NCBI GenBank assembly: GCA_965116525.1
Contig: OZ220694.1
Coordinates: 758,702 to 822,701, forward strand
Reading direction: 5' to 3'
Length of the DNA: 64,000 nucleotides
From: an uncultured candidatus Porisulfidus sp.
GTDB lineage: Bacteria; Pseudomonadota; Gammaproteobacteria; Poriferisulfidales; Poriferisulfidaceae
The notes beneath the pieces are model-generated. The model was not told where the DNA came from and ran no database searches. It saw only the letters and a list, made by a program, of their open reading frames with translations. Below, in pieces: positions 47,602 to 57,063 of this stretch; the stretch's first letter is position 1; every line of letters begins with the position of its first letter. The position numbers and the translations under genes are program-made.

Positions 47602-48334
47602 GGGCAATCCGGATTCCAAAAGCAGACCGTCGGTGATCCTGATTCACGGATTCGGGTTTCATTCATTCGTATGGGAGCCCGTAGCCGGGCGGCTTGCCTC
47701 CAATTATACGGTTCACCGGCTGACCCTCGCAGGATACGGCGGGGCTCCCGGCCAACGCAATGGCCGGGATTCCGAGCAGTTGGCGGAACATGAGGATGCT
47801 CACTGGGTCGGCTGGTCAATGGGCGGCCTGGTGGCACTTTCCGCACTTGAGGGTGGGCTTCGCCCACGCTCATTGACCCTTCTCGCCTCGCAACCCTGCA
47901 TGGTCGCACGTGGCGACTGGCCCCACGCCATAGAATCCTCGGCCTTCCAAGACTTCCGCCGGCGCATCCGGCTGGATCGAGAAGCCGGCATGCGGCATTT
48001 CGCGAACCTGATCGCCCATGGGGACAGTCAGGCACAACAGATACGCGATCAACTTCAGGCCGCCCCGGTTCCAGATTGTGCGACCCTCGAGCAGGGACTG
48101 GATTTGCTTGAGCACACCGATCTGCGCGGAATATGGGCCCGTAGCCCGGTCGCGCAGCAGTGCATCCTGGGAGAACACGACGCGTTGGTTCCGGCAGATG
48201 CGACCCACCCCCTCCGCGCCCTTTGCCCCGAGACCCACTTCGGCCTGGTTCGGCATTCGGGACACGCGCTCCTGCTGTCGGAACCAGACCAATGCGCGGA
48301 ACTGATGCACACGTTCTGGCAATCGCTCGAATGA
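47600..48334 (+). CDS. bioH: Pimeloyl-[ACP] methyl ester esterase (alpha/beta hydrolase)
   Basis: 244-aa protein with HGFG near the N-terminus and the GWSMGG nucleophile elbow. It is immediately followed by bioC with an ATGA overlap. Confidence 0.7.
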   Translation: MGNPDSKSRPSVILIHGFGFHSFVWEPVAGRLASNYTVHRLTLAGYGGAPGQRNGRDSEQLAEHEDAHWVGWSMGGLVALSALEGGLRPRSLTLLASQPCMVARGDWPHAIESSAFQDFRRRIRLDREAGMRHFANLIAHGDSQAQQIRDQLQAAPVPDCATLEQGLDLLEHTDLRGIWARSPVAQQCILGEHDALVPADATHPLRALCPETHFGLVRHSGHALLLSEPDQCAELMHTFWQSLE

Positions 48335-49182
48335 ACGAATCCGACCGCACCCGACAAACAAGACTACGTCGGAGATTCGACCGCGCTGCGGCCTGCTACG
48401 ACCAGTTTGCCGGCGTGCAGCGCGAGATCACCCTGCGGCTGCTCGAACGGCTGGACCTGGTCCAGGTGGATCCCGGATGCGTTGTGGATCTGGGTGCCGG
48501 AACCGGGGACGGGGCGACACAGCTGGGTCAGCGCTACCCCCGGGCGCAAATCATCGCGGTCGATTTCTCCCACGCCATGCTGAAGCAAGGTCAAAAGGAC
48601 GGGTCGGCTGGAACCTCTGTCGCCGCCGATGCGTTCCAACTACCCTTCGCGCCAGGCACGGTCGACCTGGTCTTCTCAAGTTCCACCCTGCAGTGGTGCC
48701 TGCCGTTGGCTGAAGTGCTGCAGGAAATCAGTCGCGTGCTGCGCCCTGGCGGGCTGCTGATGTTCTCGACCTACGGCCCGGATACCCTGCATGAACTGCA
48801 AGCCGCGCAACGGGCGGCGGGCATGGAGGGTGGAGTCAACGAGTTCAGCGACATGCACCCGATCGGCGACCTGCTACTGGAGGAAGGCTATCAGGATCCG
48901 GTCCTGGATGTCGAGCGATTGGACGCCTCCTACGCTTCGGTCCGCGATCTGGTCCGGGAACTCAAGGGCATCGGTTCGAGTCGTATCGAATCACCTGCCG
49001 CGCAACCCTGCACCCGGGATCAGTGGCAGGCCCTAGCCGAAGCCTACCCGGTGGACGACCAGGGCCGGGTGCACGCGACTTATGAAGCGATCTTCGGCCA
49101 TGCTCTCGCACCTGTTTCGCGCACTCGCGGCGAGACCGCCACGGTGCCGATTTCGGCCATCGGGCGGGGGCCCGGCGGATAA
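48331..49182 (+). CDS. bioC: Malonyl-[ACP] O-methyltransferase
   Basis: SAM-binding motif VVDLGAGTGDG. It is coupled to bioH. Confidence 0.75.
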   Translation: MNESDRTRQTRLRRRFDRAAACYDQFAGVQREITLRLLERLDLVQVDPGCVVDLGAGTGDGATQLGQRYPRAQIIAVDFSHAMLKQGQKDGSAGTSVAADAFQLPFAPGTVDLVFSSSTLQWCLPLAEVLQEISRVLRPGGLLMFSTYGPDTLHELQAAQRAAGMEGGVNEFSDMHPIGDLLLEEGYQDPVLDVERLDASYASVRDLVRELKGIGSSRIESPAAQPCTRDQWQALAEAYPVDDQGRVHATYEAIFGHALAPVSRTRGETATVPISAIGRGPGG

Positions 49183-49256
49183 GCCCAGCCCTTGTGTGCA
49201 AAGAAAAAAGGCTCCCATGAGCATACAATAGGCGGTGCCGCTCAATTTTTCTGGAA

Positions 49257-49745
49257 ATGGCCGATCTAACCCACTTTAACGCCCGGGGCGAAGCCCGTAT
49301 GGTCGATATTTCGGACAAGGAGGCCACGCACCGCGTGGCGGAGGCGGAAGGGCGCATCCTGATGCAAGCGGAGACCTTGGAGCAAATCCGGGAAGGGACC
49401 CATCGCAAAGGCGATGTGCTCGGCATCGCGCGCACCTCGGGAATCATGGCGACCAAACGCACCGCCGATCTGATTCCGCTGTGCCACCCCCTGTCCCTGA
49501 CTCATGTGGCCGTGGAGTTCGAGTTGGAGAATGAGCCTCCCGCCGTGCGCTGTCTCGCCCGTTGTGAAACCCGCGGGCCCACCGGAGTCGAGATGGAGGC
49601 CCTCACGGCAGTGCAAATCTCGCTGTTGACCATCTACGACATGTGCAAGGCTGTCGACCGGGGAATGCGCATCCAAGACATCGGGCTGCTGCGCAAGTCC
49701 GGCGGCCGCTCCGGAGACTGGGCACGCGAATCCGCCTCGTCGTAA
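49257..49745 (+). CDS. moaC: Cyclic pyranopterin monophosphate synthase MoaC
   Basis: 162-aa protein with MoaC signature blocks ([25 protein letters not shown]). Confidence 0.9.
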   Translation: MADLTHFNARGEARMVDISDKEATHRVAEAEGRILMQAETLEQIREGTHRKGDVLGIARTSGIMATKRTADLIPLCHPLSLTHVAVEFELENEPPAVRCLARCETRGPTGVEMEALTAVQISLLTIYDMCKAVDRGMRIQDIGLLRKSGGRSGDWARESASS

Positions 49746-51853
49746 TGTCCGTATTATCCAAAACTTTCCGCTATACCGCTTTCGGCGTCCTGACGCTGGT
49801 GCTCGCCAGCCTGCTGGCCCTCAGCTACCTGGTATTGACCTTCGAGCCCGACGACTACCGGGACGACCTGATCAACCTGGTCGAGGAACAGACCGGACGG
49901 GCGTTCACCATCGACGGAAGCCTGGAGCTGCACCTGGACCCCCCGCTGGTCGGATTCGAGGTCCATGACGTCTCATTCGACAACCCTCCTGGGTTCGGGC
50001 AGGAGCCCATGCTGACCGCAAAGCGCGTTGAAGCATACTTGCAAGTCATCCCTTTGCTGATGGGCGACCTGCGAATCCGCTCCATGCGCCTGGATGGGCT
50101 GCAACTGCGGCTGCGCCGGAAATCGAACGGGCACACCAACTGGGCCGGTCTGCTTGCCGACAAGGAGTCCTCCCGACCCGAAGCCGGGTCCGACTCGGGC
50201 GGGGCGGCAGGAATCGATCTGGGCGAGATCCGCCTGACCGACAGCACCATCGCGATCTGGGACGAACTGCGCAACCGCCGCATGCGGGGATCAAACCTCA
50301 ACCTGAACCTGGAGAACCTGACGTCCGGCGGCAACATGCACGTCGAACTGGACGGCGAATTGATGGCTTGGCTTGACACCCGGGCCGAGAACCGGATCAA
50401 CGCCCAAGTCAAGCTGGCCACCGACCTCACCCTGAAGAAGGGTGGAGAAAAAATCACCGGCGACGACTTGGACATGACACTGGAGTTGACCGGGCCGGCA
50501 TTCGCCTTCACGCGCATCAACCCCACGATCCAGGCACGATCTTTTCAATGGGATCAGGCCAGCGACACTCTGTATCTCGATGGGGCCGAAGCGACGGTCG
50601 AGGGGGCGCAGTTGCGATTCGCTCCGCTGGAGGTGAAATCCCTGTCTGAAAAGCCGGAGCTGATCGGACATGTCGAGGGAGCCGGCGTCGATGTCCTGCA
50701 CTGGCTGGCACTCTGGAATCACCAGATGCCCACCCTTGAAGATCCGACCGCGCTACGGTTCCTGAAATGGGAAAGCGATCTCAGGGTCCATCCGCGAGGC
50801 GTTCAACTGTCGGGACTGGATGCAACACTGGACTCCACCTCGATCCGGGGAGAAATCTCCCTGCTCGACTTCGACCGGCCGCGGCTTGCGCTGAACCTGC
50901 AAGTGGGCGAAATCGACCTGGACCGGTACCTGCCGCAGGAACAGCAAGCCGAAGCCGAGGATCAAGCCGAGCCCGGCGACGACCCCGCGCCTCCGGACGG
51001 CCTGCCGATCGACTGGTTGCGCCAGCAGAAACTCGTGGCCAAGGTGCAACTGGAACAACTGCACTGGCAAGGGCTAGAATTCGCGGAAACGCACGCCCGG
51101 CTGACTGCCGACGAAGGGCTCTGGGAAGTCGAATCACTGAGCGGGAAAGTCAATGATGGCGTAGTCCAGGCCGGGGCGGAGTTGGATGTTTCCGGCGGCA
51201 TCCCCCTGTATAAGCTTGACTTGAAGCTGGAACAACTGGAGCTCGGCCGCGTGCTGGCACTGTTCGACGAGGACGGACACACCCCTATCGAAGGCACGAC
51301 CGACCTGAACCTGGCCCTGAACGCGCGCGGGCACCGCGCCGCCACGGTCTGGCCTTCCCTGACCGGCTTTGTCAGCCTGACCGTGCGCAATGGCGTGCTG
51401 CAGGTCGGCGAGGTCGCCAGGGCTGTGGAAGCCGCCATTGCGATGTTGCAGGAACGTCCCAGCGAAACCACTTCCCAAGGGAAACTGCCGTTTGACCTGT
51501 TGCTCGTAAGTTGGAACGCCAACGACGGTCGGTTGACCAGTCGCGAACTGAAGATGGACGCTGGCGCGATCTCCCTGGACGGGCTGGGTTACATCGACCT
51601 GCCGCATTCGTCGGTCGACTACCAGTTGAACGTCTGGTCCGGCCAGAGCCTGAAGATTCCGGTGCGCATCAAGGGGCCGTTCGACAACCTGTCGCACTCT
51701 CTGGACATGTCGGGACTGGTAGAGGAACAACTGGACAAAGGACTGCAGAAGGGCTTGGGGTCCGTCGTCGACAAGGTTGAGAAAAAAGTCGAAGAAAAAG
51801 CCGGCAAACCCACCGGCAAGGTCCTGCGAAAACTACTCGAAGACCTATTCTGA
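49745..51853 (+). CDS. asmA: AsmA-family outer-membrane assembly protein
   Basis: An N-terminal TM anchor is followed by a long beta-rich periplasmic domain and a C-terminal AsmA-like region. The start overlaps the moaC stop (TAATG). Confidence 0.65.
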   Translation: MSVLSKTFRYTAFGVLTLVLASLLALSYLVLTFEPDDYRDDLINLVEEQTGRAFTIDGSLELHLDPPLVGFEVHDVSFDNPPGFGQEPMLTAKRVEAYLQVIPLLMGDLRIRSMRLDGLQLRLRRKSNGHTNWAGLLADKESSRPEAGSDSGGAAGIDLGEIRLTDSTIAIWDELRNRRMRGSNLNLNLENLTSGGNMHVELDGELMAWLDTRAENRINAQVKLATDLTLKKGGEKITGDDLDMTLELTGPAFAFTRINPTIQARSFQWDQASDTLYLDGAEATVEGAQLRFAPLEVKSLSEKPELIGHVEGAGVDVLHWLALWNHQMPTLEDPTALRFLKWESDLRVHPRGVQLSGLDATLDSTSIRGEISLLDFDRPRLALNLQVGEIDLDRYLPQEQQAEAEDQAEPGDDPAPPDGLPIDWLRQQKLVAKVQLEQLHWQGLEFAETHARLTADEGLWEVESLSGKVNDGVVQAGAELDVSGGIPLYKLDLKLEQLELGRVLALFDEDGHTPIEGTTDLNLALNARGHRAATVWPSLTGFVSLTVRNGVLQVGEVARAVEAAIAMLQERPSETTSQGKLPFDLLLVSWNANDGRLTSRELKMDAGAISLDGLGYIDLPHSSVDYQLNVWSGQSLKIPVRIKGPFDNLSHSLDMSGLVEEQLDKGLQKGLGSVVDKVEKKVEEKAGKPTGKVLRKLLEDLF

Positions 51854-51857
51854 ACCC

Positions 51858-52874
51858 GTGTCGTCGTTTGCCCGCCGGGTAATCCGCTACCAGCGCAGAC
51901 ACGGCCGTCACGACCTGCCCTGGCAGCGTCAACGCACGCTGTACCGGGTCTGGGTCTCCGAAATCATGCTGCAGCAGACCCAGGTCGCAACCGTGATCCC
52001 CTATTTCCAGCGGTTCATGCGGGCATTCCCGAGCGTCAAGCGGCTGGCCGAAGCGCCTCTGGATGCCGTGCTGGCGTGCTGGTCCGGGCTGGGCTACTAC
52101 GCCCGGGCCCGCCACCTGCATCAAGCCGCGCGAATCATTCGAAGTTCGGGAGGCCGGCTGCCGCGCACCGTCGAGGACTGGGTGCGCTTGCCGGGCGTCG
52201 GCCGCAGCACGGCCGGTGCCATTGTTTCGCTGGCCCTGGATCAACCCGCGCCGATGCTGGACGGCAATGCGCGGCGCGTCATCGCACGACATCAAGGCCT
52301 GCCTGCGACCCTCAACGCATCCCTATGGCGTGCTGCCGAGTCGTTGCTGCCGAGGCGGGACGCCGGCCTCTATACCCAAGGCCTGATGGACCTGGGGGCC
52401 CAGTGTTGCACGTCGCGCACTCCCGACTGCGTGCACTGCCCGCTGAACGAAGACTGCGACTACACCAGGCATGGATCCATTGAGCAACCCGGCCGCAAGC
52501 GGTCGCAATTGCCGCACCGAACGGCTTGGGTCGTCATCGTACAGACAGAGAACGGGGAAGTCCTTTTGCGGCAGAGGCAGGCTCATGGCATCTGGGGCGG
52601 GCTGTGGAGCCTGCCGGAATACCCGAGCCGGATTGAGGCACGGCGTTGGACACAGGCCTGCGGAGAAAATCTGGAATGGCGTGAGGAGCCCTCGCTGACT
52701 CATCGCCTGAGTCATCTGGAGCTTTGCCTTCGTCCGCTGCGGGTTCGGATCCGGAATTCGGATCGCAAGAAATTCCGGCAAAGCGGGCGTTGGTTTCACC
52801 CGAAGCAACTGACCGTCGGCGTGGCGACTCCGATTCTGAAACTGATCCAACGCGAGCCACCCCCCGCCGCATAG
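51858..52874 (+). CDS. mutY: A/G-specific adenine DNA glycosylase MutY
   Basis: HhH-GPD domain (WSGLGYYARARHL), 4Fe-4S cluster loop (CTSRTPDCVHCPLNEDC), and C-terminal NUDIX-like domain. The GTG start at 51858 lies just after the asmA stop. Confidence 0.8.
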   Translation: MSSFARRVIRYQRRHGRHDLPWQRQRTLYRVWVSEIMLQQTQVATVIPYFQRFMRAFPSVKRLAEAPLDAVLACWSGLGYYARARHLHQAARIIRSSGGRLPRTVEDWVRLPGVGRSTAGAIVSLALDQPAPMLDGNARRVIARHQGLPATLNASLWRAAESLLPRRDAGLYTQGLMDLGAQCCTSRTPDCVHCPLNEDCDYTRHGSIEQPGRKRSQLPHRTAWVVIVQTENGEVLLRQRQAHGIWGGLWSLPEYPSRIEARRWTQACGENLEWREEPSLTHRLSHLELCLRPLRVRIRNSDRKKFRQSGRWFHPKQLTVGVATPILKLIQREPPPAA

Positions 52875-52945
52875 CCTCACACTCTCCTTAATAAGACACC
52901 GCGTGGTACAGTCATCAATGCCGATGTTACATCTAGGGGGGCCAG

Positions 52946-53584
52946 GTGATCACCGTCAGCGAGGAAGTGCTGCTCCTGATGCTCGACCACGACACCGGCG
53001 GGCTGAACGCTGAGTTTTCGCTCCCTTCCCTGCGCCATGCACTCGGCGGCGCCCTCCTGATGGACCTGTCCCTCGCAAACCGGGTGGATGCCGACCTGGA
53101 AAAGCTGTTCGTCGTGAATCCAGAGCCGCTCGGAATTGCCGTTCTCGACGAGGCCCTGGCGAAAATCGCGGCGGAGGACCGACAGCAATCCACCGGCCAT
53201 TGGGTCCGCGTCTTCGCCGATGACTACGAGCACGTCCAGCCACAACTGCTGGAACAGCTGGTCGATCGCGGCATCTTGCTTCGTGCGTCGCTCGATCGGA
53301 TTACTGCTCCTGACGCACAGGATCGTCACACCAAAGAAGACAGGCCCCTATGGGATGTCCGGCAAAGAATCATCTATGAGCTGCTGAGCAGCACGATCCT
53401 TGATGCGCGGGATGTCGCGATTATCAGCCTGATCGAGGCCTGCGGCTTGTGGAGCGGGCTGCTGGATCAGGACAGCCTGGACGAGCTCCGGCCCAAGATA
53501 AAAAAATTCGCAAAGATTGAACTGATCGGCCAGGCCGTGGCGGATGCCATGCAGGAACAATCACGGCGGCAGGATGCGGTTTGA
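52946..53584 (+). CDS. GPP34/GOLPH3-like family protein
   Basis: The N-terminal EEVLLLMLDHDTGG matches the EELLLLALDDEKG signature of bacterial GPP34 proteins. Length is about 210 aa. Confidence 0.5.
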   Translation: MITVSEEVLLLMLDHDTGGLNAEFSLPSLRHALGGALLMDLSLANRVDADLEKLFVVNPEPLGIAVLDEALAKIAAEDRQQSTGHWVRVFADDYEHVQPQLLEQLVDRGILLRASLDRITAPDAQDRHTKEDRPLWDVRQRIIYELLSSTILDARDVAIISLIEACGLWSGLLDQDSLDELRPKIKKFAKIELIGQAVADAMQEQSRRQDAV

Positions 53585-53636
53585 TCCAGCTGACTATAAT
53601 TCTCTGAATCCGCGACCGCCTTTGGCAGGGACAAGT

Positions 53637-54524
53637 ATGGACAAGGTTAATCAATCCGCCACCCTGCTGCTTGGGATCCTAGTTTGCACAGTATTTCTGG
53701 CCAGTGCCCCGGCTCCGGTTTCCGCAGCGCAGGAAGGCGTTTATATCGGGATTTCCGCCGCTGCGGAAGACCTGGATGTTTCAGTGTTCAAGACCGTCGA
53801 CAACACACCCGACGGAAACATGGCCTTATCCCAAGGCAAGATATTCACGGAACGGGATTCCGACACCAAGACGGCAAGCGGGTTCGGGCTCGTGTTCGGA
53901 TACCAGTGCCCCCTCCATTACGGGAGCCTGTACTGGAGCGGCGAGATCAACCTGGCCTTCCACAGCGGGAAGGCACGCGGAAGGCTTGAAGGAACCGAGG
54001 ATGTCGCGGCGCGAAAAACCCACAACGATGCAAACGACCCGGACTTGCCAGCCTTTTCGGTCGGACCGCAGGTCGGTGAAAACTGGCCGGAGCGCTGGAC
54101 CTTCGAAAAAGATCATAGCTACGGCGTGACGCTCAGGCTGGGCGGGCGGCCGGACTTCCTCACCTCCGCGCTTGGCCCGGACGCCGGACTTTACGTTTTA
54201 GCCGGAGCGCACCGGGTCGAAGCCGAATACGTCAATACCGGAACCGGCTGCTTCGAAGTTCCTCCGGCACTTTGCGCAAGCGAGGAGGAATTCGAGGCGA
54301 GTGCCGTTCGTACCAAAAGAGACTACACCACCTGGACTCTGGGCGTGGGAGTGCACGCGCCGGTCGCGGAGCAGGTGGGCCTGCAAATCGAAACGTACTA
54401 CAAGGACTACGATTCGGAGTCTCTGGTGCAGCTGGACGGAACGGAGGACCTGCGCGTCCGGGCCGTGCACGAGCCGGATGCCGAGGAAATCGGCCTGAGA
54501 ATGAGGCTGCTGCGGTACTTCTAG
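53637..54524 (+). CDS. Outer-membrane beta-barrel protein (paralog 1)
   Basis: Signal peptide LLLGILVCTVFLASAPAPVSA, alternating amphipathic beta-strands, and a C-terminal ...GLRMRLLRYF with terminal Phe. Confidence 0.55.
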   Translation: MDKVNQSATLLLGILVCTVFLASAPAPVSAAQEGVYIGISAAAEDLDVSVFKTVDNTPDGNMALSQGKIFTERDSDTKTASGFGLVFGYQCPLHYGSLYWSGEINLAFHSGKARGRLEGTEDVAARKTHNDANDPDLPAFSVGPQVGENWPERWTFEKDHSYGVTLRLGGRPDFLTSALGPDAGLYVLAGAHRVEAEYVNTGTGCFEVPPALCASEEEFEASAVRTKRDYTTWTLGVGVHAPVAEQVGLQIETYYKDYDSESLVQLDGTEDLRVRAVHEPDAEEIGLRMRLLRYF

Positions 54525-54534
54525 TCTCAGCCGC

Positions 54535-55395
54535 ATGAAGAGATTCGAACGTTCGGGATTTTCCGCGGTCCTAGCCTGCGCGGCTGTACTGACTGGCGCT
54601 CCTGGCCCTTCTTCCGCCATGGAGGAAGGGTTCTACATGGGGTTTTCCGCCTCTGCGGAAAACCTGGACGCCACCTTCTTCAAGACCACGGACAACACGC
54701 ATCCCATGAATGCGACCCCTTCCAGCGGCCGGATTTTTCACGTCCGCGATTCCGACACCAAGACGACAAGCGGGTTCGGCATCCTGGCCGGCTACACTTT
54801 CCACCTGAACAATCGGGGGCTGTATCTGAGCGGTGAAGCCGATTTGGCCTATCACAGCGGAAAAGCTCGGGGCAGGTTGAAGTGGATCAAGGATTCCGCG
54901 GCCCGGGAGAGTGCGGGCAGCGATCCCGACTGGCCGCAATCTGGCGAAAGCTGGCCGGATGACTGGACCTTCGAGAAGGACTACAGCTACGGCCTGACGC
55001 TCAGGTTGGGCGGACAGCCGAACTTCCTGACCTCTGCGTTGGGGCCGGGCTCCGGCCTCCATGTCCTAATTGGCATCCGTCGCACTGAAGCAGAGTACTT
55101 CAATTCCTACGAAGGGTGCCCCGCAAACGATGGCTGTCCTGGCGGAAGGGAAGATGAATCATACGCAAGGGGATTCGACCGGACCGACAGGGACTACACC
55201 GCCTGGACTGCTGGAATCGGCTTGCATACACCGCTCGGCGACCGAACCAGCGTGCAGGTTGAGACGTACTACACCGATTACGACAGGGAAGACCTGGTTC
55301 TCCTGGACAACACGGGCGAACCGTACATCCGGGTCCCGCACGCGCTGGATGCCGAAGAGGTCGGCTTGCGGTTGCGACTGCTCCGGCATTTCTGA
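54535..55395 (+). CDS. Outer-membrane beta-barrel protein (paralog 2, tandem duplicate)
   Basis: Collinear with 53637-54524 and highly similar to it (e.g. WTFEKDxSYGxTLRLGGxPxFLTSALGP, ...GLRLRLLRHF). Confidence 0.55.
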   Translation: MKRFERSGFSAVLACAAVLTGAPGPSSAMEEGFYMGFSASAENLDATFFKTTDNTHPMNATPSSGRIFHVRDSDTKTTSGFGILAGYTFHLNNRGLYLSGEADLAYHSGKARGRLKWIKDSAARESAGSDPDWPQSGESWPDDWTFEKDYSYGLTLRLGGQPNFLTSALGPGSGLHVLIGIRRTEAEYFNSYEGCPANDGCPGGREDESYARGFDRTDRDYTAWTAGIGLHTPLGDRTSVQVETYYTDYDREDLVLLDNTGEPYIRVPHALDAEEVGLRLRLLRHF

Positions 55396-55417
55396 ACACA
55401 CCAGGCTGCTGCAGGCC

Positions 55418-56188
55418 ATGCCTCCCTTGGCATCCCGAACTTCTCTCCGTAGACAGTGCAAGGTTTCCATCTGCGTCATTCTTGCCGCCGGCTTTCACGT
55501 TCCGACCGTTTCGGCCGAAACATGGCGAGGCCTTGTCGTCGAGCCGGAATATCGTTGCGCACCCTACAGAAGCCGTGACTACTCCTACCCGCAGTCGGTG
55601 GAGCCTAGAATCGTCGCTGAACTCGGGAAAATCTACAGCCCCTATAACGGGCAGTGCTTCAGCAGCACCCGGCAGACCGACATCGAACATATCGTGGCCC
55701 GTTCCGAAGCGCATGACAGCGGACTGTGCCGCGCAGATGTTGCCACGCGGAAAAAGTTCAGTGCCGATCTCCTGAACCTGACACTGGCGAGCCCCGCGCT
55801 GAACCGACAGAAGAAACGCGCTTACGATGCTTCCGGATGGACACCTGCCCTCAACCGTTGCTGGTTCGCCCACCGCGTGCTCCAGGTGCGTCTCAAGTAC
55901 GGGCTGAGCATCGACCAGCGCGAAGCGGAGGCTCTGGAGCAGATCCTGTCCGCCTGCACAACCACCGAAATCGAAACATCGGACTGCTCTGCTTCGTTCG
56001 ACCTCCCGGCTTCCCGCCCTGCGTCATCCCCGGATGGAGCGGAGGCCCTCCGCCTCTGGGACGACAACCGGAACGGAAGAATCACTTGCCGAGAAGCGCG
56101 CCGCCACGGCATTACGCCCGTGCCGCGCGGTCATGCTGCCTATCCGTTCATGCATGACGGGGACGGGGATGGTATGGTCTGCGAGTGA
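55418..56188 (+). CDS. Secreted HNH/DUF1524-like nuclease with C-terminal Excalibur Ca-binding domain
   Basis: Signal peptide ...VSICVILAAGFHVPTVSA. The HNH/DUF1524-like core is QTDIEHIVARSEAHDSGLC ... NLTLASPALNRQKKRAYDASGWTP. The C-terminal Excalibur motif is DDNRNGRITCREA...MHDGDGDGMVCE. Confidence 0.5.
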   Translation: MPPLASRTSLRRQCKVSICVILAAGFHVPTVSAETWRGLVVEPEYRCAPYRSRDYSYPQSVEPRIVAELGKIYSPYNGQCFSSTRQTDIEHIVARSEAHDSGLCRADVATRKKFSADLLNLTLASPALNRQKKRAYDASGWTPALNRCWFAHRVLQVRLKYGLSIDQREAEALEQILSACTTTEIETSDCSASFDLPASRPASSPDGAEALRLWDDNRNGRITCREARRHGITPVPRGHAAYPFMHDGDGDGMVCE

Positions 56189-56219
56189 CAAGCCTAACGA
56201 TGGAAACGAAAGGTCGAAA

Positions 56220-56495
56220 TCAACGGAAAAACTCCACATAGAAACGAACCTTGCCGAGCGCCATGACCTCATGCGCAATCTCCGGCTCCACGATTCCGGG
56301 CATCTCCGGTGCAAGTTCCGTATCCTGGGTTTCGGGTTCCAGAATGCGGTAGCGTAAGCGGCCTTCCAGAATAACGATTTTCCCCCAGACCCCCGCACTG
56401 GTCCGGTGCTGTTTCTTGAGATTTTTCGGTATCGTGTCTTCCGTGAATTCAGGAGAACTGGCAAAACTTGAAACTTCTTCGGGCAGGGTTTTCAT
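56220..56495 (-). CDS. DUF1971-domain protein
   Basis: About 90-aa protein with a GVWGKIVILEGRLRY block typical of DUF1971. Confidence 0.45.
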   Translation of the reverse strand: MKTLPEEVSSFASSPEFTEDTIPKNLKKQHRTSAGVWGKIVILEGRLRYRILEPETQDTELAPEMPGIVEPEIAHEVMALGKVRFYVEFFR

Positions 56496-56696
56496 GGCAA
56501 TAACTCCTATATTTCTCTCTGTTACGGATCGTCGACGAACATTCTGCCTGGCCACAATCACCGCGACCATGCACCCTCGCTATAGTGTTGTTCGATTGTA
56601 GCAGTGGCGTGCCCCGCCAAAGCCTTGCCGATAACCCACCGTCAGGCCCATCACTTATAATCGCCTCATCAATTCTCTTTCGGAATCTATCTCACA

Positions 56697-56969
56697 ATGT
56701 CCCGCATGATCCAATGCGTCAAACTCGGCCGCGAAGCCGAGGGTCTGGAGCGGATGCCCTACCCGGGACCGCTCGGGCAGCGCATTTTCAATGAAGTATC
56801 GGCCGAGGCCTGGGGCGGCTGGCTGCGCCACCAGACCATGTTGATCAACGAGTACCGTCTGACCCCGGTCGACCCCAAGGCGCGAGAGTTTCTGGAAGGA
56901 GAAATGGAAAAATATTTCTTTGGGGAAGGCTCTGAAAAACCACAGGAATTTGTTGATCCGGAAAGCTAG
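56697..56969 (+). CDS. yggX: Fe(II)-trafficking / oxidative-damage protection protein YggX
   Basis: 90-aa protein with [18 protein letters not shown]...[16 protein letters not shown], the YggX signature. Confidence 0.85.
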   Translation: MSRMIQCVKLGREAEGLERMPYPGPLGQRIFNEVSAEAWGGWLRHQTMLINEYRLTPVDPKAREFLEGEMEKYFFGEGSEKPQEFVDPES

Positions 56970-57063
56970 GCGCCAATTCGACACGACTTTTCCACGTCGT
57001 TGTAATCAAACTGACATATTCCGCCGGAATAATGTCGGTCTCTGAAAGGCCCGGCGTTCCCTG

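Noticed and set aside
47599-47602. Divergent plsY and bioH start codons sharing the tetranucleotide CATG
   Set aside because: This is most likely a start-codon choice artefact. plsY has an alternative upstream ATG at 47619 and bioH could start slightly downstream. It was not treated as biologically meaningful.
57000-57063. Pho box upstream of pstC (CTGACATATTCCGCCGGAATAATGTCGG)
   Set aside because: There is a partial match to one CTGTCAT half-site only. The spacing and second repeat are poor. It was left uncalled.
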